Origin: Escherichia coli
Lineage (GTDB): Bacteria; Pseudomonadota; Gammaproteobacteria; Enterobacterales; Enterobacteriaceae
Reading direction: 5' to 3' (one strand)
NCBI RefSeq assembly: GCF_050920415.1
Contig: NZ_CP169309.1
Length of the DNA: 64,000 bases
The position numbers were made by a program, and so were the translations under genes. Below the pieces are notes generated by a model that was not told the DNA's origin, did no database searches, and was given only the letters and a program-made list of their open reading frames with translations. Shown here piece by piece: positions 39,727-55,444 of this stretch. Each line of letters starts with the position of its first letter. The stretch's first letter is position 1.

Positions 39727-40092
39727 ATGATTGATGTCTTAGGGCCGGAGAAACGCAGACGGCGTACCACACAGGAAAAGATCGCAATTGTTCAGCAGAG
39801 CTTTGAACCGGGGATGACGGTCTCCCTCGTTGCCCGGCAACATGGTGTAGCAGCCAGCCAGTTATTTCTCTGGCGTAAGCAATACCAGGAAGGAAGTCTT
39901 ACTGCTGTCGCCGCCGGAGAACAGGTTGTTCCTGCCTCTGAACTTGCTGCCGCCATGAAGCAGATTAAAGAACTCCAGCGCCTGCTCGGCAAGAAAACGA
40001 TGGAAAATGAACTCCTCAAAGAAGCCGTTGAATATGGACGGGCAAAAAAGTGGATAGCGCACGCGCCCTTATTGCCCGGGGATGGGGAGTAA
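39727..40092 (+). CDS. insC: IS2 transposase InsC (OrfA)
   Basis: 121 aa from [18 protein letters not shown]...; recognised IS2 InsC. Confidence 0.9.
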
Positions 40093-40955
40093 GCTTAGTC
40101 AGCCGTTGTCTCCGGGTGTCGCGTGCGCAGTTGCACGTCATTCTCAGACGAACCGATGACTGGATGGATGGCCGCCGCAGTCGTCACACTGATGATACGG
40201 ATGTGCTTCTCCGTATACACCATGTTATCGGAGAGCTGCCCACGTATGGTTATCGTCGGGTATGGGCGCTGCTTCGCAGACAGGCAGAACTTGATGGTAT
40301 GCCTGCAATCAATGCCAAACGTGTTTACCGGATCATGCGCCAGAATGCGCTGTTGCTTGAGCGAAAACCTGCTGTACCGCCATCGAAACGGGCACATACA
40401 GGCAGAGTGGCCGTGAAAGAAAGCAATCAGCGATGGTGCTCTGACGGGTTCGAGTTCTGCTGTGATAACGGAGAGAGACTGCGTGTCACGTTCGCGCTGG
40501 ACTGCTGTGATCGTGAGGCACTGCACTGGGCGGTGACTACTGGCGGCTTCAACAGTGAAACAGTACAGGACGTCATGCTGGGAGCGGTGGAACGCCGCTT
40601 CGGCAACGATCTTCCGTCGTCTCCAGTGGAGTGGCTGACGGATAATGGTTCATGCTACCGGGCTAATGAAACACGCCAGTTCGCCCGGATGTTGGGACTT
40701 GAACCGAAGAACACGGCGGTGCGGAGTCCGGAGAGTAACGGAATAGCAGAGAGCTTCGTGAAAACGATAAAGCGTGACTACATCAGTATCATGCCCAAAC
40801 CAGACGGGTTAACGGCAGCAAAGAACCTTGCAGAGGCGTTCGAGCATTATAACGAATGGCATCCGCATAGTGCGCTGGGTTATCGCTCGCCACGGGAATA
40901 TCTGCGGCAGCGGGCTTGTAATGGGTTAAGTGATAACAGATGTCTGGAAATATAG
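40050..40955 (+). CDS. insD: IS2 transposase InsD (OrfB, DDE)
   Basis: 301-aa ORF; recognised IS2 InsD; overlaps insC for -1 frameshift fusion. Confidence 0.9.
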
Positions 40956-41236
40956 GGGCAAATCCAGTCAGGTTGAGGAAGTGCATGTCCTGGGGGGATA
41001 TGTATCGTATGGAGTTTTACCCGCGTAATACCCATCTGGCAGCAAAAATTGAGTATTGCCGGAACGGGAATATTTCATGTTTGCAGGTAGAGAAAACGGA
41101 TGAGGCTTATATCACTACGCTGAACGGCGATACGATGTCAGCGCCAATGATATAAGACAGTAATTCACCATTTGGATTGTCCGCTCCACCCAACATGTTG
41201 TTTCCTTAAGGTTCCTACACCACAAAGGGAACACTC

Positions 41237-43202
<1,966 letters not shown>

Positions 43203-43419
43203 TGACCAATAGCGGACATTAAAAATGGCGAAAAACGGCCAATAATCTTGGCGTTGACAACGATGCGTTGCATCTGTCGCGGCGACAGTAAAGCCCGGAA
43301 TGAAATGGCCAGATGTCGTACTCATACCAGTGAATAACAAGTAAAACCCCGGCGGCTGAAACAACCAAGGGGTTAACAGTGTAAATAAAACTGCCCATAT
43401 TGATGGGCAGCGCATGTAA

Positions 43420-43713
43420 TTATTGTGAGCAATAGACCCGAGCTTCAAGCGGAGTATAAATGCCTAAAGTAATAAAACCGAGCAATCCATTTACGAATGT
43501 TTGCTGGGTTTCAGTTTTAACAACTTTATCTGCGCCACCACAAATTTTGGCTGCATCGACAGTTTTCTTCTGACCAATTCCTGAAACGAAGAAATGATGA
43601 GTGATGGTTTCCTTCGGTGTTACTGTTGTAGGTTTGTTTTCAACTGTAAACGTCTGTTGAGCACATCCAGAGATAAGCAGCGCCAGTGTGAAAGTGAGTA
43701 GCGTTTTTTTCAT
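43420..43713 (-). CDS. bor: Bor lipoprotein (serum-resistance protein of lambdoid phages)
   Basis: 97 aa; lipobox LLISGC; near-identical over most of its length to recalled lambda Bor. Confidence 0.9.
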   Translation of the reverse strand: MKKTLLTFTLALLISGCAQQTFTVENKPTTVTPKETITHHFFVSGIGQKKTVDAAKICGGADKVVKTETQQTFVNGLLGFITLGIYTPLEARVYCSQ

Positions 43714-43937
43714 CGTGTGATTCCCGTTGTGTTTTTAAGTTTGGTGCATCGTATTTGTGGAAATTTAAACAAAACCTAAACAATGAGTTGAAATCTCATA
43801 TTGTTAATGTTTATTAAAGTATGCCAGATGTGCTGTATCTTTACTGTATACCCAGATTAACTATGGCCACAGCACCGACTGGTAACTCCTGTGTGGGAGT
43901 GCCGGCTACTGAGGCGGATCAAACCGGACGTTATGGT

Positions 43938-44348
43938 TTAGCGTGGAAAAATTTGAGTCGTGTTCTGGATGCTTTCGGTAAACAATAATGAGTTGTCAAA
44001 GGTATAGTAATATCTTTTGTGTTCGTGGATATTTGTAACCCATCGGAAAACTCCAGCTTTAGCCAGATTTACCCTGTATTCATGAAATGTGATTTCTCTT
44101 GATTTCAACTTATGAAGGTAAGTTTCTATAAGTCGCGTGTCTCTGCAAAAGCTAACATGAATAACATCATGGAAACCTTTTATTAACACCGTGTTATCGC
44201 TCTCAAATACAATGTGAATATTACCTGTGGCTAAATAGTAAATGTAATGTGAGACATTGTGGCGTTTTAGTTCAGAGTAAAACCGGTCACAGTTTAAATC
44301 TTTCCGCACTTGATCAAATATTTCTTTAAAAATGGCAACCTGAGCCAT
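43938..44348 (-). CDS. DUF1398-family protein (YbcV-like)
   Basis: 136-aa ORF adjacent to bor, same arrangement as borD-ybcV in DLP12. Confidence 0.65.
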   Translation of the reverse strand: MAQVAIFKEIFDQVRKDLNCDRFYSELKRHNVSHYIYYLATGNIHIVFESDNTVLIKGFHDVIHVSFCRDTRLIETYLHKLKSREITFHEYRVNLAKAGVFRWVTNIHEHKRYYYTFDNSLLFTESIQNTTQIFPR

Positions 44349-44908
44349 CAGTATCCCCTTGTATATGATATGAGGGGCGTAGTCTGCATGAGTGCTTTTA
44401 ATACTGCAATCTGGTCAGATGTCTTTATCGTATATTGATGATTATTGTCGGATAGTATGAGGTTTTCTCAACTCATGGAAATACCGGAAGGTGCGAAAAT
44501 TACTAAGTAAGAAGAGTTACATAAGCCCTTCATACAGTGAAGGGCTTATGTAATCTTAGAAATAAAAAACCGGTCATAGGGAGCTACACAGAACCGGTCG
44601 GCGAAGACCGCCAATACCACCCATGCATCGATGCAACATACTAATGACAATAGCTGCTATTGATGTAAATGCAATGTTATGCATCGACGAAAATAAAAAA
44701 CCGGCAGGGGAAATCCATTGAAGACTTGCCGGTGGCAAAAGTTGCCAATGCTTTTATAACCGTAGTCACAGAGTTACGAAGTGCAACACCGACTGCTGCT
44801 GGTATATGGATGAATGGCGTTTCAATGATGTGCATCATTCAAATCACAAATAGTATTGATACTTATTCTCGGTTTTGCGGGTCCTTTCCGGTGATCCGGC
44901 AGGCTACG

Positions 44909-44920
44909 GGGCGGCGACCT
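44909..44920 (+). other. cos site: 12-nt cohesive-end sequence GGGCGGCGACCT (cosN), with cosB-like region extending toward nu1
   Basis: GGGGCGGCGACCTAGCGGGTTTTCGCTATTTA matches the lambda cos region; about 200 bp upstream of the small terminase gene. Confidence 0.75.
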
Positions 44921-45125
44921 AGCGGGTTTTCGCTATTTACGAGTTTTTTTGAGGTGATGGTTGTTGTTTTATCGTTTGATATATCTACTTGATAAGTAAT
45001 AAGAAAGAAAAATAAACACAACAACCTGATGATCTTTCTTATACGAAAAAGCATGTAAAATCAGAGGGTTTTACAAAAAACGTGGTTGTTGTATTGCTTT
45101 TTTGCCGGTGGTTTATGGAGGGGCT

Positions 45126-45603
45126 GTGGCCTTTTTATTGAATAAAAGCGACATGGCCTCCTCCATCGGTATCTCAGTACAGGCATTTGATAAATGGGGT
45201 GTTCCTCCTGTTGAGCGCCGGGGGAGAGAGGTTTTCTATGACGTTAAAACTGTACTGGAGATAGATCGCGAGCGACGTCAACAAAACCAGAAATCTTCAG
45301 GTGGTGAAAATGATCTTGAGGAAAGGCTACTTCAGGCCAGGGTTAACCTGACGGAAGAACAGGCTATTGCTCAGCGGTTAAAAAACCAGGTTGCAGAGCA
45401 TAAGGTGATTGATACAGCTTTCTCTATTTTTGCCCTGTCCCGGTTATCCGGAGAACTGGCATCTGTTTTGGACAGTATTCCGCTTTCGATGCAAAGAAAA
45501 TTCCCTGAATTGACAGGCAGACAATTGGCTTATCTAAAAGAGCTGGTTGCGAAGGGGGCTAATAAATGCGTTGAGTCCGCTGAAAAAATGAAGGAATTTG
45601 CGG

Positions 45604-45632
<29 letters not shown>
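45126..45632 (+). CDS. nu1: terminase small subunit (Nu1-like)
   Basis: ORF 45102..45632; central and C-terminal region aligns with lambda Nu1 (...TAFSIFALSRLSGELASVLDSIPLSMQRKFPEL); start uncertain (GTG 45126, TTG 45138 or ATG 45153). Confidence 0.8.
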
Positions 45633-49310
<3,678 letters not shown>

Positions 49311-49330
<20 letters not shown>

Positions 49331-50630
49331 TCTCCCGCATATTGCCAGCATGGCCTTTAATGAGCCGCTGATGCTTGAACCCGCCTATGCGCGGGTTTTC
49401 TTTTGTGCGCTAGCAGGCCAGCTTGGGATCAGCCGCCTGACAGATGCGGTGTCCGGTGACAGCCTGACTGCCCCGGAGACACCCGCGACGCTGGCGTTAT
49501 CTGGTGATGATGACGGACCACGACAGGCCCGCAGTTATCAGGTCATGAACGGCATCGCCGTGCTGCCGGTTTCCGGCACGCTGGTCAGCCGGACGCGGGC
49601 GCTGCAGCCGTATTCGGGGATGACCGGTTACAACGGCATTATCGCCCGTCTGCAACAGGCTGCCAGCGATCCGATGGTGGACGGCATTCTGCTCGATATG
49701 GACACGCCCGGCGGGATGGTGGCGGGGGCATTTGACTGCGCTGACATCATCGCCCGTGTGCGTGACATAAAACCGGTATGGGCGCTTGCCAACGACATGA
49801 ACTGCAGTGCAGGTCAGTTGCTTGCCAGTGCCGCTTCCCGGCGTCTGGTCACGCAGACCGCCCGGACAGGCTCCATCGGCGTCATGATGGCTCACAGCAA
49901 TTACGGTGCAGCGCTGGAGAAACAGGGCGTGGAAATCACGCTGATTTACAGCGGCAGCCATAAGGTGGATGGCAACCCCTACAGCCATCTTCCGGATGAC
50001 GTCCGGGAAACACTGCAGTCCCGGATGGATGCAACCCGCCAGATGTTTGCGCAGAAAGTGTCGGCATATACCGGCCTGTCCGTGCAGGCTGTGCTGGATA
50101 CCGAGGCTGCAGTGTACAGCGGTCAGGAGGCCATTGATGCCGGACTGGCTGATGAACTTGTTAACAGTACCGATGCGATCACCGTCATGCGTGATGCACT
50201 GGATACACGTAAATCCCGTCTCTCAGGAGGGCGAATGACCAAAGAGACTCAATCAACAACTGTTTCAGCCACTGCTTCGCAGGCTGACGTTACTGGCGTG
50301 GTGCAAGCGACGGAGGGCGAGAACGCCAGCGCTGCGCAGCCGGACGTGAACGCGCAGATCACCGCAGCGGTTGCGGCAGAAAACAGTCGCATTATGGGGA
50401 TCCTCAACTGTGAGGAGGCTCACGGACGCGAAGAACAGGCATGCGTGCTGGCCGAAACCCCCGGTATGACCGTGGAAACGGCCCGCCGTATTCTGGCCGC
50501 AGCACCACAGAGTGCACAGGCGCGCAGTGACACTGCGCTGGATCGTCTGATGCAGGGGGCACCGGCGCCGCTGGCTGCAGGTAACCCGGCATCTGATGCC
50601 GTTAACGATTTGCTGAACACACCAGTGTAA
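49311..50630 (+). CDS. C: head maturation protease / scaffold C
   Basis: 439 aa from GTG (VTAELRNLPHIASMAF...) with GAGGAGG RBS; S49 ClpP-like protease fold. Confidence 0.9.
50025..50630 (+). CDS. nu3: scaffolding protein Nu3 (in-frame C-terminal portion of C)
   Basis: In-frame internal ATG (MDATRQMF...) as in lambda, where nu3 shares the 3' end of C. Confidence 0.55.
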   Translation: MDATRQMFAQKVSAYTGLSVQAVLDTEAAVYSGQEAIDAGLADELVNSTDAITVMRDALDTRKSRLSGGRMTKETQSTTVSATASQADVTGVVQATEGENASAAQPDVNAQITAAVAAENSRIMGILNCEEAHGREEQACVLAETPGMTVETARRILAAAPQSAQARSDTALDRLMQGAPAPLAAGNPASDAVNDLLNTPV

Positions 50631-50639
50631 GGGATGTTT

Positions 50640-50972
50640 ATGACGAGCAAAGAAACCTTTACCCATTACCAGCCGCTGGGCAACAGTGACCCGGCTCATA
50701 CCGCAACCGCGCCCGGCGTATTGAGTGCGAAAGCGCCTGCAATGACCCCGCTGATGCTGGACACCTCCACCCGTAAGCTGGTTGCGTGGGATGGCACCAC
50801 CGACGGTGCTGCCGTTGGCATTCTTGCAGTTGCTGCTGACCAGACCAGCACCACACTGACGTTCTACAAGTCCGGCACGTTCCGTTATGAGGATGTGCTC
50901 TGGCCGGAGGCTGCCAGCGACGAGACGAAAAAACGGACCGCGTTTGCCGGAACGGCAATCAGCATCGTTTAA
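50640..50972 (+). CDS. D: head decoration protein D
   Basis: 110 aa, [26 protein letters not shown]... Confidence 0.9.
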   Translation: MTSKETFTHYQPLGNSDPAHTATAPGVLSAKAPAMTPLMLDTSTRKLVAWDGTTDGAAVGILAVAADQTSTTLTFYKSGTFRYEDVLWPEAASDETKKRTAFAGTAISIV

Positions 50973-51027
50973 CTTTACCCTTCATCACTAAAGGCCGCCT
51001 GTGCGGCTTTTTTTACGGGATTTTTTT

Positions 51028-52053
51028 ATGTCGATGTACACAACCGCCCAACTGCTCGCGGCAAATGAGCAGAAATTTAAGTTTGATCCGCTGTTTCTGC
51101 GTCTCTTTTTCCGTGAGAGCTATCCCTTCACCACGGAGAAAGTCTATCTCTCACAAATTCCGGGACTGGTAAACATGGCGCTGTACGTTTCGCCGATTGT
51201 TTCCGGTGAGGTTATCCGTTCCCGTGGCGGCTCCACCTCTGAATTTACGCCGGGATATGTCAAGCCGAAGCATGAAGTGAATCCGCAGATGACCCTGCGT
51301 CGCCTGCCGGATGAAGATCCGCAGAATCTGGCGGACCCGGCTTACCGCCGCCGTCGCATCATCATGCAGAACATGCGTGACGAAGAGCTGGCCATTGCTC
51401 AGGTCGAAGAGATGCAGGCAGTTTCTGCCGTGCTTAAGGGCAAATACACCATGACCGGTGAAGCCTTCGATCCGGTTGAGGTGGATATGGGCCGCAGTGA
51501 GGAGAATAACATCACGCAGTCCGGCGGCACGGAGTGGAGCAAGCGTGACAAGTCCACGTATGACCCGACCGACGATATCGAAGCCTACGCGCTGAACGCC
51601 AGCGGCGTGGTGAATATCATCGTGTTTGACCCGAAAGGCTGGGCGCTGTTCCGTTCCTTCAAAGCCGTCAAGGAGAAGCTGGATACCCGTCGCGGCTCTC
51701 ATTCCGAGCTGGAGACAGCGGTGAAAGACCTGGGTAAAGCGGTGTCCTATAAGGGGATGTATGGCGATGTGGCCATCGTCGTGTATTCCGGACAGTACGT
51801 GGAAAACGGCGTCAAAAAGAACTTCCTGCCGGACAACACGATGGTGCTGGGGAACACTCAGGCACGCGGTCTGCGCACCTATGGCTGCATTCAGGATGCG
51901 GACGCACAGCGCGAAGGCATTAACGCCTCTGCCCGTTACCCGAAAAACTGGGTGACCACCGGCGATCCGGCGCGTGAGTTCACCATGATTCAGTCAGCAC
52001 CGCTGATGCTGCTGGCTGACCCTGATGAGTTCGTGTCCGTACAACTGGCGTAA
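51028..52053 (+). CDS. E: major capsid protein E
   Basis: 341 aa from MSMYTTAQLLAANEQKFKFDP... Confidence 0.95.
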   Translation: MSMYTTAQLLAANEQKFKFDPLFLRLFFRESYPFTTEKVYLSQIPGLVNMALYVSPIVSGEVIRSRGGSTSEFTPGYVKPKHEVNPQMTLRRLPDEDPQNLADPAYRRRRIIMQNMRDEELAIAQVEEMQAVSAVLKGKYTMTGEAFDPVEVDMGRSEENNITQSGGTEWSKRDKSTYDPTDDIEAYALNASGVVNIIVFDPKGWALFRSFKAVKEKLDTRRGSHSELETAVKDLGKAVSYKGMYGDVAIVVYSGQYVENGVKKNFLPDNTMVLGNTQARGLRTYGCIQDADAQREGINASARYPKNWVTTGDPAREFTMIQSAPLMLLADPDEFVSVQLA

Positions 52054-52094
52054 TCATGGCCCTTCGGGGCCATTGTTTCTCTGTGGAGGAGTCC

Positions 52095-52493
52095 ATGACG
52101 AAAGATGAACTGATTGCCCGTCTCCGCTCGCTGGGTGAACAACTGAACCGTGATGTCAGCCTGACGGGGACGAAAGAAGAACTGGCGCTCCGTGTGGCAG
52201 AGCTGGAAGAGGAGCTTGATGACACGGATGAAACTTCCGGTCAGGACACCCCTCTCAGCCGGGAAAATGTGCTGACCGGACATGAAAATGAGGTGGGATC
52301 AGCGCAGCCGGATACCGTGATTCTGGATACGTCTGAACTGGTCACGGTCGTGGCACTGGTGACGCTGCATACTGATGCACTTCACGCCACGCGGGATGAG
52401 GCTGTGGCATTTGTGCTGCCGGGAACGGCGTTCCGTGTCTCTGCCGGTGTGGCAGCTGAAATGACAGAGCGCGGCCTGGCCAGAATGCAATAA
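52095..52493 (+). CDS. FI: DNA packaging protein FI
   Basis: 132 aa from MTKDELIARLRSLGEQ... Confidence 0.9.
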   Translation: MTKDELIARLRSLGEQLNRDVSLTGTKEELALRVAELEEELDDTDETSGQDTPLSRENVLTGHENEVGSAQPDTVILDTSELVTVVALVTLHTDALHATRDEAVAFVLPGTAFRVSAGVAAEMTERGLARMQ

Positions 52494-52504
52494 CGGGAGG
52501 CGCT

Positions 52505-52879
52505 GTGGCTGATTTCGATAACCTGTTCGATGCTGCCATTGCCTGCGCCGATGAAACGATACGCGGGTACATGGGAACGTCAGCCACCATGACATCCGGT
52601 GAGCAGTCCGGTGCTGTGATACGTGGTGTTTTTGATGACCCTGAAAATATCAGCTATGCCGGACAGGGCGTGCGCGTTGAAGGCTCCAGCCCGTCCCTGT
52701 TTGTCCGGACTGATGATGTGCGGCAGCTGCGGCGCGGCGACACGCTGACCATCGGTGAGGAAAACTTCTGGATAGACCGGATTTCGCCGGATGATGGCGG
52801 AAGCTGTCATCTCTGGCTTGGGCGGGGCGTACCGCCTGCCGTTAACCGTCGCCGCTGGAAGGGGGATGTATGGCCATAA
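52505..52879 (+). CDS. FII: head-tail connector FII
   Basis: GTG start, MADFDNLFDAAIA...; C-terminus slightly longer than lambda FII. Confidence 0.9.
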   Translation: MADFDNLFDAAIACADETIRGYMGTSATMTSGEQSGAVIRGVFDDPENISYAGQGVRVEGSSPSLFVRTDDVRQLRRGDTLTIGEENFWIDRISPDDGGSCHLWLGRGVPPAVNRRRWKGDVWP

Positions 52880-53448
52880 AAGGTCTTGAGCAGGCCGTTG
52901 AAAACCTCAGCCGTATCAGCAGAACGGCGGTGCCCGGTGCCGCCGCAATGGCCATTAACCGCGTTGCTTCATCCGCGATATCGCAGTCGGTGTCACAGGT
53001 TGCCCGTGAGACAAAGGTACGCCGGAAACTGGTAAAGGAAAGGGCCAGGCTGAAAAGGGCCACGGTCAAAAATCCGCAGGCCAGAATCAAGGTTAACCGG
53101 GGGGATTTGCCCGTAATCAGGCTGGGTAATGCGCGGGTTGTCCTTTCGCGCCGCAGGCGTCGTAAAAAGGGGCAGCGTTCAGCCCTGAAAGGTGGCGGCA
53201 GCGTGCTTGTGGTGGGTAACCGTCGTATTCCCGGCGCGTTTATTCAGCAACTGAAAAATGGCCGGTGGCATGTTATGCAGCGTGTGGCCGGGAAAAACCG
53301 TTACCCCATTGATGTGGTGAAAATCCCGATGGCGGTGCCGCTGACCACGGCGTTTAAACAAAATATTGAGCGGATACGGCGTGAACGTCTTCCGAAAGAG
53401 CTGGGCTATGCGCTGCAGCATCAACTGAGGATGGTAATAAAGCGATGA
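52870..53448 (+). CDS. Z: tail completion protein Z
   Basis: 192 aa. Confidence 0.9.
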   Translation: MAIKGLEQAVENLSRISRTAVPGAAAMAINRVASSAISQSVSQVARETKVRRKLVKERARLKRATVKNPQARIKVNRGDLPVIRLGNARVVLSRRRRRKKGQRSALKGGGSVLVVGNRRIPGAFIQQLKNGRWHVMQRVAGKNRYPIDVVKIPMAVPLTTAFKQNIERIRRERLPKELGYALQHQLRMVIKR

Positions 53449-53840
53449 AACATACTGAACTCCGTGCAGCCGTACTGGATGCACTGGAGAAGCATGACAC
53501 CGGGGCGACGTTTTTTGATGGTCGCCCCGCTGTTTTTGATGAGGCGGATTTTCCGGCAGTTGCCGTTTATCTCACCGGCGCTGAATACACGGGCGAAGAG
53601 CTGGACAGCGATACCTGGCAGGCGGAGCTGCATATCGAAGTTTTCCTGCCTGCTCAGGTGCCGGATTCAGAGCTGGATTCGTGGATGGAGTCCCGGATTT
53701 ATCCGGTGATGAGCGATATCCCGGCACTGTCAGATTTGCTCACCAGTATGGTGGCCAGTGGCTATGACTACCGGCGCGACGATGATGCGGGCCTGTGGAG
53801 TTCTGCCGATCTGACTTATGTCATTACCTATGAAATGTGA
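53445..53840 (+). CDS. U: tail terminator protein U
   Basis: 131 aa. Confidence 0.9.
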   Translation: MKHTELRAAVLDALEKHDTGATFFDGRPAVFDEADFPAVAVYLTGAEYTGEELDSDTWQAELHIEVFLPAQVPDSELDSWMESRIYPVMSDIPALSDLLTSMVASGYDYRRDDDAGLWSSADLTYVITYEM

Positions 53841-53847
53841 GGACGAT

Positions 53848-54588
53848 ATGCCTGTACCAAATCCAGCAATACCGGTGAAAGGTGCCGGGACCACCCTGTG
53901 GGTTTATAACGGGAGCGGCGACCCTTATGCGAACCCGCTTTCAGACGTTGACTGGTCGCGTCTGGCTAAAGTTAAAGACCTGACGCCCGGCGAACTGACC
54001 GCTGAGTCCTATGACGACAGTTATCTCGATGATGAAGATGCGGACTGGACCGCGACCGGGCAGGGGCAGAAATCCGCCGGAGATACCAGCTTCACGCTGG
54101 CGTGGATGCCCGGAGAGCAGGGGCAGCAGGCGCTGCTGGCGTGGTTTAATGAAGGTGATACCCGTGCCTATAAAATCCGCTTCCCGAACGGCACGGTCGA
54201 TGTGTTCCGTGGCTGGGTCAGCAGTATCGGTAAGGCGGTGACGGCGAAGGAAGTGATCACCCGTACGGTGAAGGTCACCAATGTGGGCCGTCCGTCAATG
54301 GCAGAAGATCGCAGCACGGTAACAGCGGCAACCGGTATGACCGTGACGCCTGCCAGCTCCTCGGTGGTGAAAGGGCAGAGCACCACGCTGACCGTGGCAT
54401 TCCAGCCGGAGGGCGCAACTGACAAGAGCTTCCGTGCGGTGTCAGCGGATAAAACAAAAGCCACCGTGTCGGTCAGTGGTATGACCATCACCGTGAAAGG
54501 CGTTGCTGCAGGTAAGGTCAACATTCCGGTTTTATCCGGTAATGGTGAACTTGCTGCGGTTGCAGAAATCACTGTCACCGACAGTTAA
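53848..54588 (+). CDS. V: major tail tube protein V
   Basis: 246 aa from [20 protein letters not shown]...; C-terminal Ig-like domain. Confidence 0.95.
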   Translation: MPVPNPAIPVKGAGTTLWVYNGSGDPYANPLSDVDWSRLAKVKDLTPGELTAESYDDSYLDDEDADWTATGQGQKSAGDTSFTLAWMPGEQGQQALLAWFNEGDTRAYKIRFPNGTVDVFRGWVSSIGKAVTAKEVITRTVKVTNVGRPSMAEDRSTVTAATGMTVTPASSSVVKGQSTTLTVAFQPEGATDKSFRAVSADKTKATVSVSGMTITVKGVAAGKVNIPVLSGNGELAAVAEITVTDS

Positions 54589-54603
54589 TCCGGAGAGTCA
54601 GCG

Positions 54604-55028
54604 ATGTTCCTGAAAACCGAATCATTTGAACATAACGGTGTGACCGTCACGCTTTCTGAACTGTCAGCCCTGCAGCGCATTGAGCATCTCGCCCTGATGA
54701 AACGGCAGGCAGAACAGGCGGAGTCAGACAGCAACCGGAAGTTTACTGTGGAAGACGCGCCATCAGAACCGGCGCGTTTCTGGTGGCGATGTCCCTGTGG
54801 CATAACCATCCGCAGAAGACAAAGCTGCCGTCCATGAATGAAGCCGTTAAACAGATTGAGCAGGAAGTGCTTACCACCTGGCCCACGGAGGCAATTTCTC
54901 ATGCTGAAAACGTGGTGTACCGGCTGTCTGGTATGTATGAGTTTGTGGTGAATAATGCCCCTGAACAGACAGAGGACGCCGGGCCCGCAGAGCCTGTTTC
55001 TGCGGGAAAGTGTTCGACGGTGAGCTGA
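54604..55028 (+). CDS. G: tail assembly chaperone G, disrupted by an apparent 2-bp insertion frameshift
   Basis: ORF 54604..54837 matches lambda G to ...FTVEDA then diverges; ORF 54783..55028 in the +2 frame matches the rest (AMSLWHNHPQ...KCSTVS); removing 2 bp near 54756-54760 restores EDAIRTGAFLVAMSLW. Confidence 0.8.
55004..55010 (+). promoter_or_regulatory. programmed -1 ribosomal frameshift slippery site GGGAAAG for the G-T fusion
   Basis: Heptamer GGGAAAG at the end of G, overlapping the start of the T frame, as in lambda. Confidence 0.6.
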
Positions 55029-55444
55029 GTTTTGCCCTGAAACTGGCGCGTGAGATGGGGCGACCTGACTGGCGTGCCATGCTTGCCGGGATGTCATCCA
55101 CGGAGTATGCCGACTGGCACCGCTTTTACAGTACCCATTATTTTCATGATGTTCTGCTGGATATGCACTTTTCCGGGCTGACGTACACCGTGCTCAGCCT
55201 GTTTTTCAGCGATCCGGATATGCATCCGCTGGATTTCAGTCTGCTGAACCGGCGCGAGGCTGACGAAGAGCCTGAAGATGATGTGCTGATGCAGAAAGCG
55301 GCAGGGCTTGCCGGAGGTGTCCGCTTTGGCCCGGACGGGAATGAAGTTATCCCCGCTTCCCCGGATGTGGCGGACATGACGGAGGATGACGTAATGCTGA
55401 TGACAGTATCAGAAGGGATCGCAGGAGGAGTCCGGTATGGCTGA
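55010..55444 (+). CDS. T: tail assembly protein T (made as G-T fusion by -1 frameshift)
   Basis: 144-codon ORF, lambda T-like. Confidence 0.8.
   Translation: MFDGELSFALKLAREMGRPDWRAMLAGMSSTEYADWHRFYSTHYFHDVLLDMHFSGLTYTVLSLFFSDPDMHPLDFSLLNRREADEEPEDDVLMQKAAGLAGGVRFGPDGNEVIPASPDVADMTEDDVMLMTVSEGIAGGVRYG

Larger units (their letters stand above)
39636..40966 (+). mobile_element. IS2 insertion sequence (1331 bp)
   Basis: Left end TAGACTGGCCCCCTGAATCTCCAGACAACC..., right end ...GGGGCAAATCCA; insC/insD inside; flanked by 5-bp target duplication GTCAG. Confidence 0.9.

Noticed and set aside
40940-41155. 71-aa ORF starting inside the IS2 right end
   Set aside because: Its start lies within IS2 terminal sequence; the downstream part is more likely the remnant of the gene disrupted by IS2 than an independent gene.
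44669-44992. 107-aa ORF
   Set aside because: Spans the cos site and its upstream structured non-coding region; no RBS.
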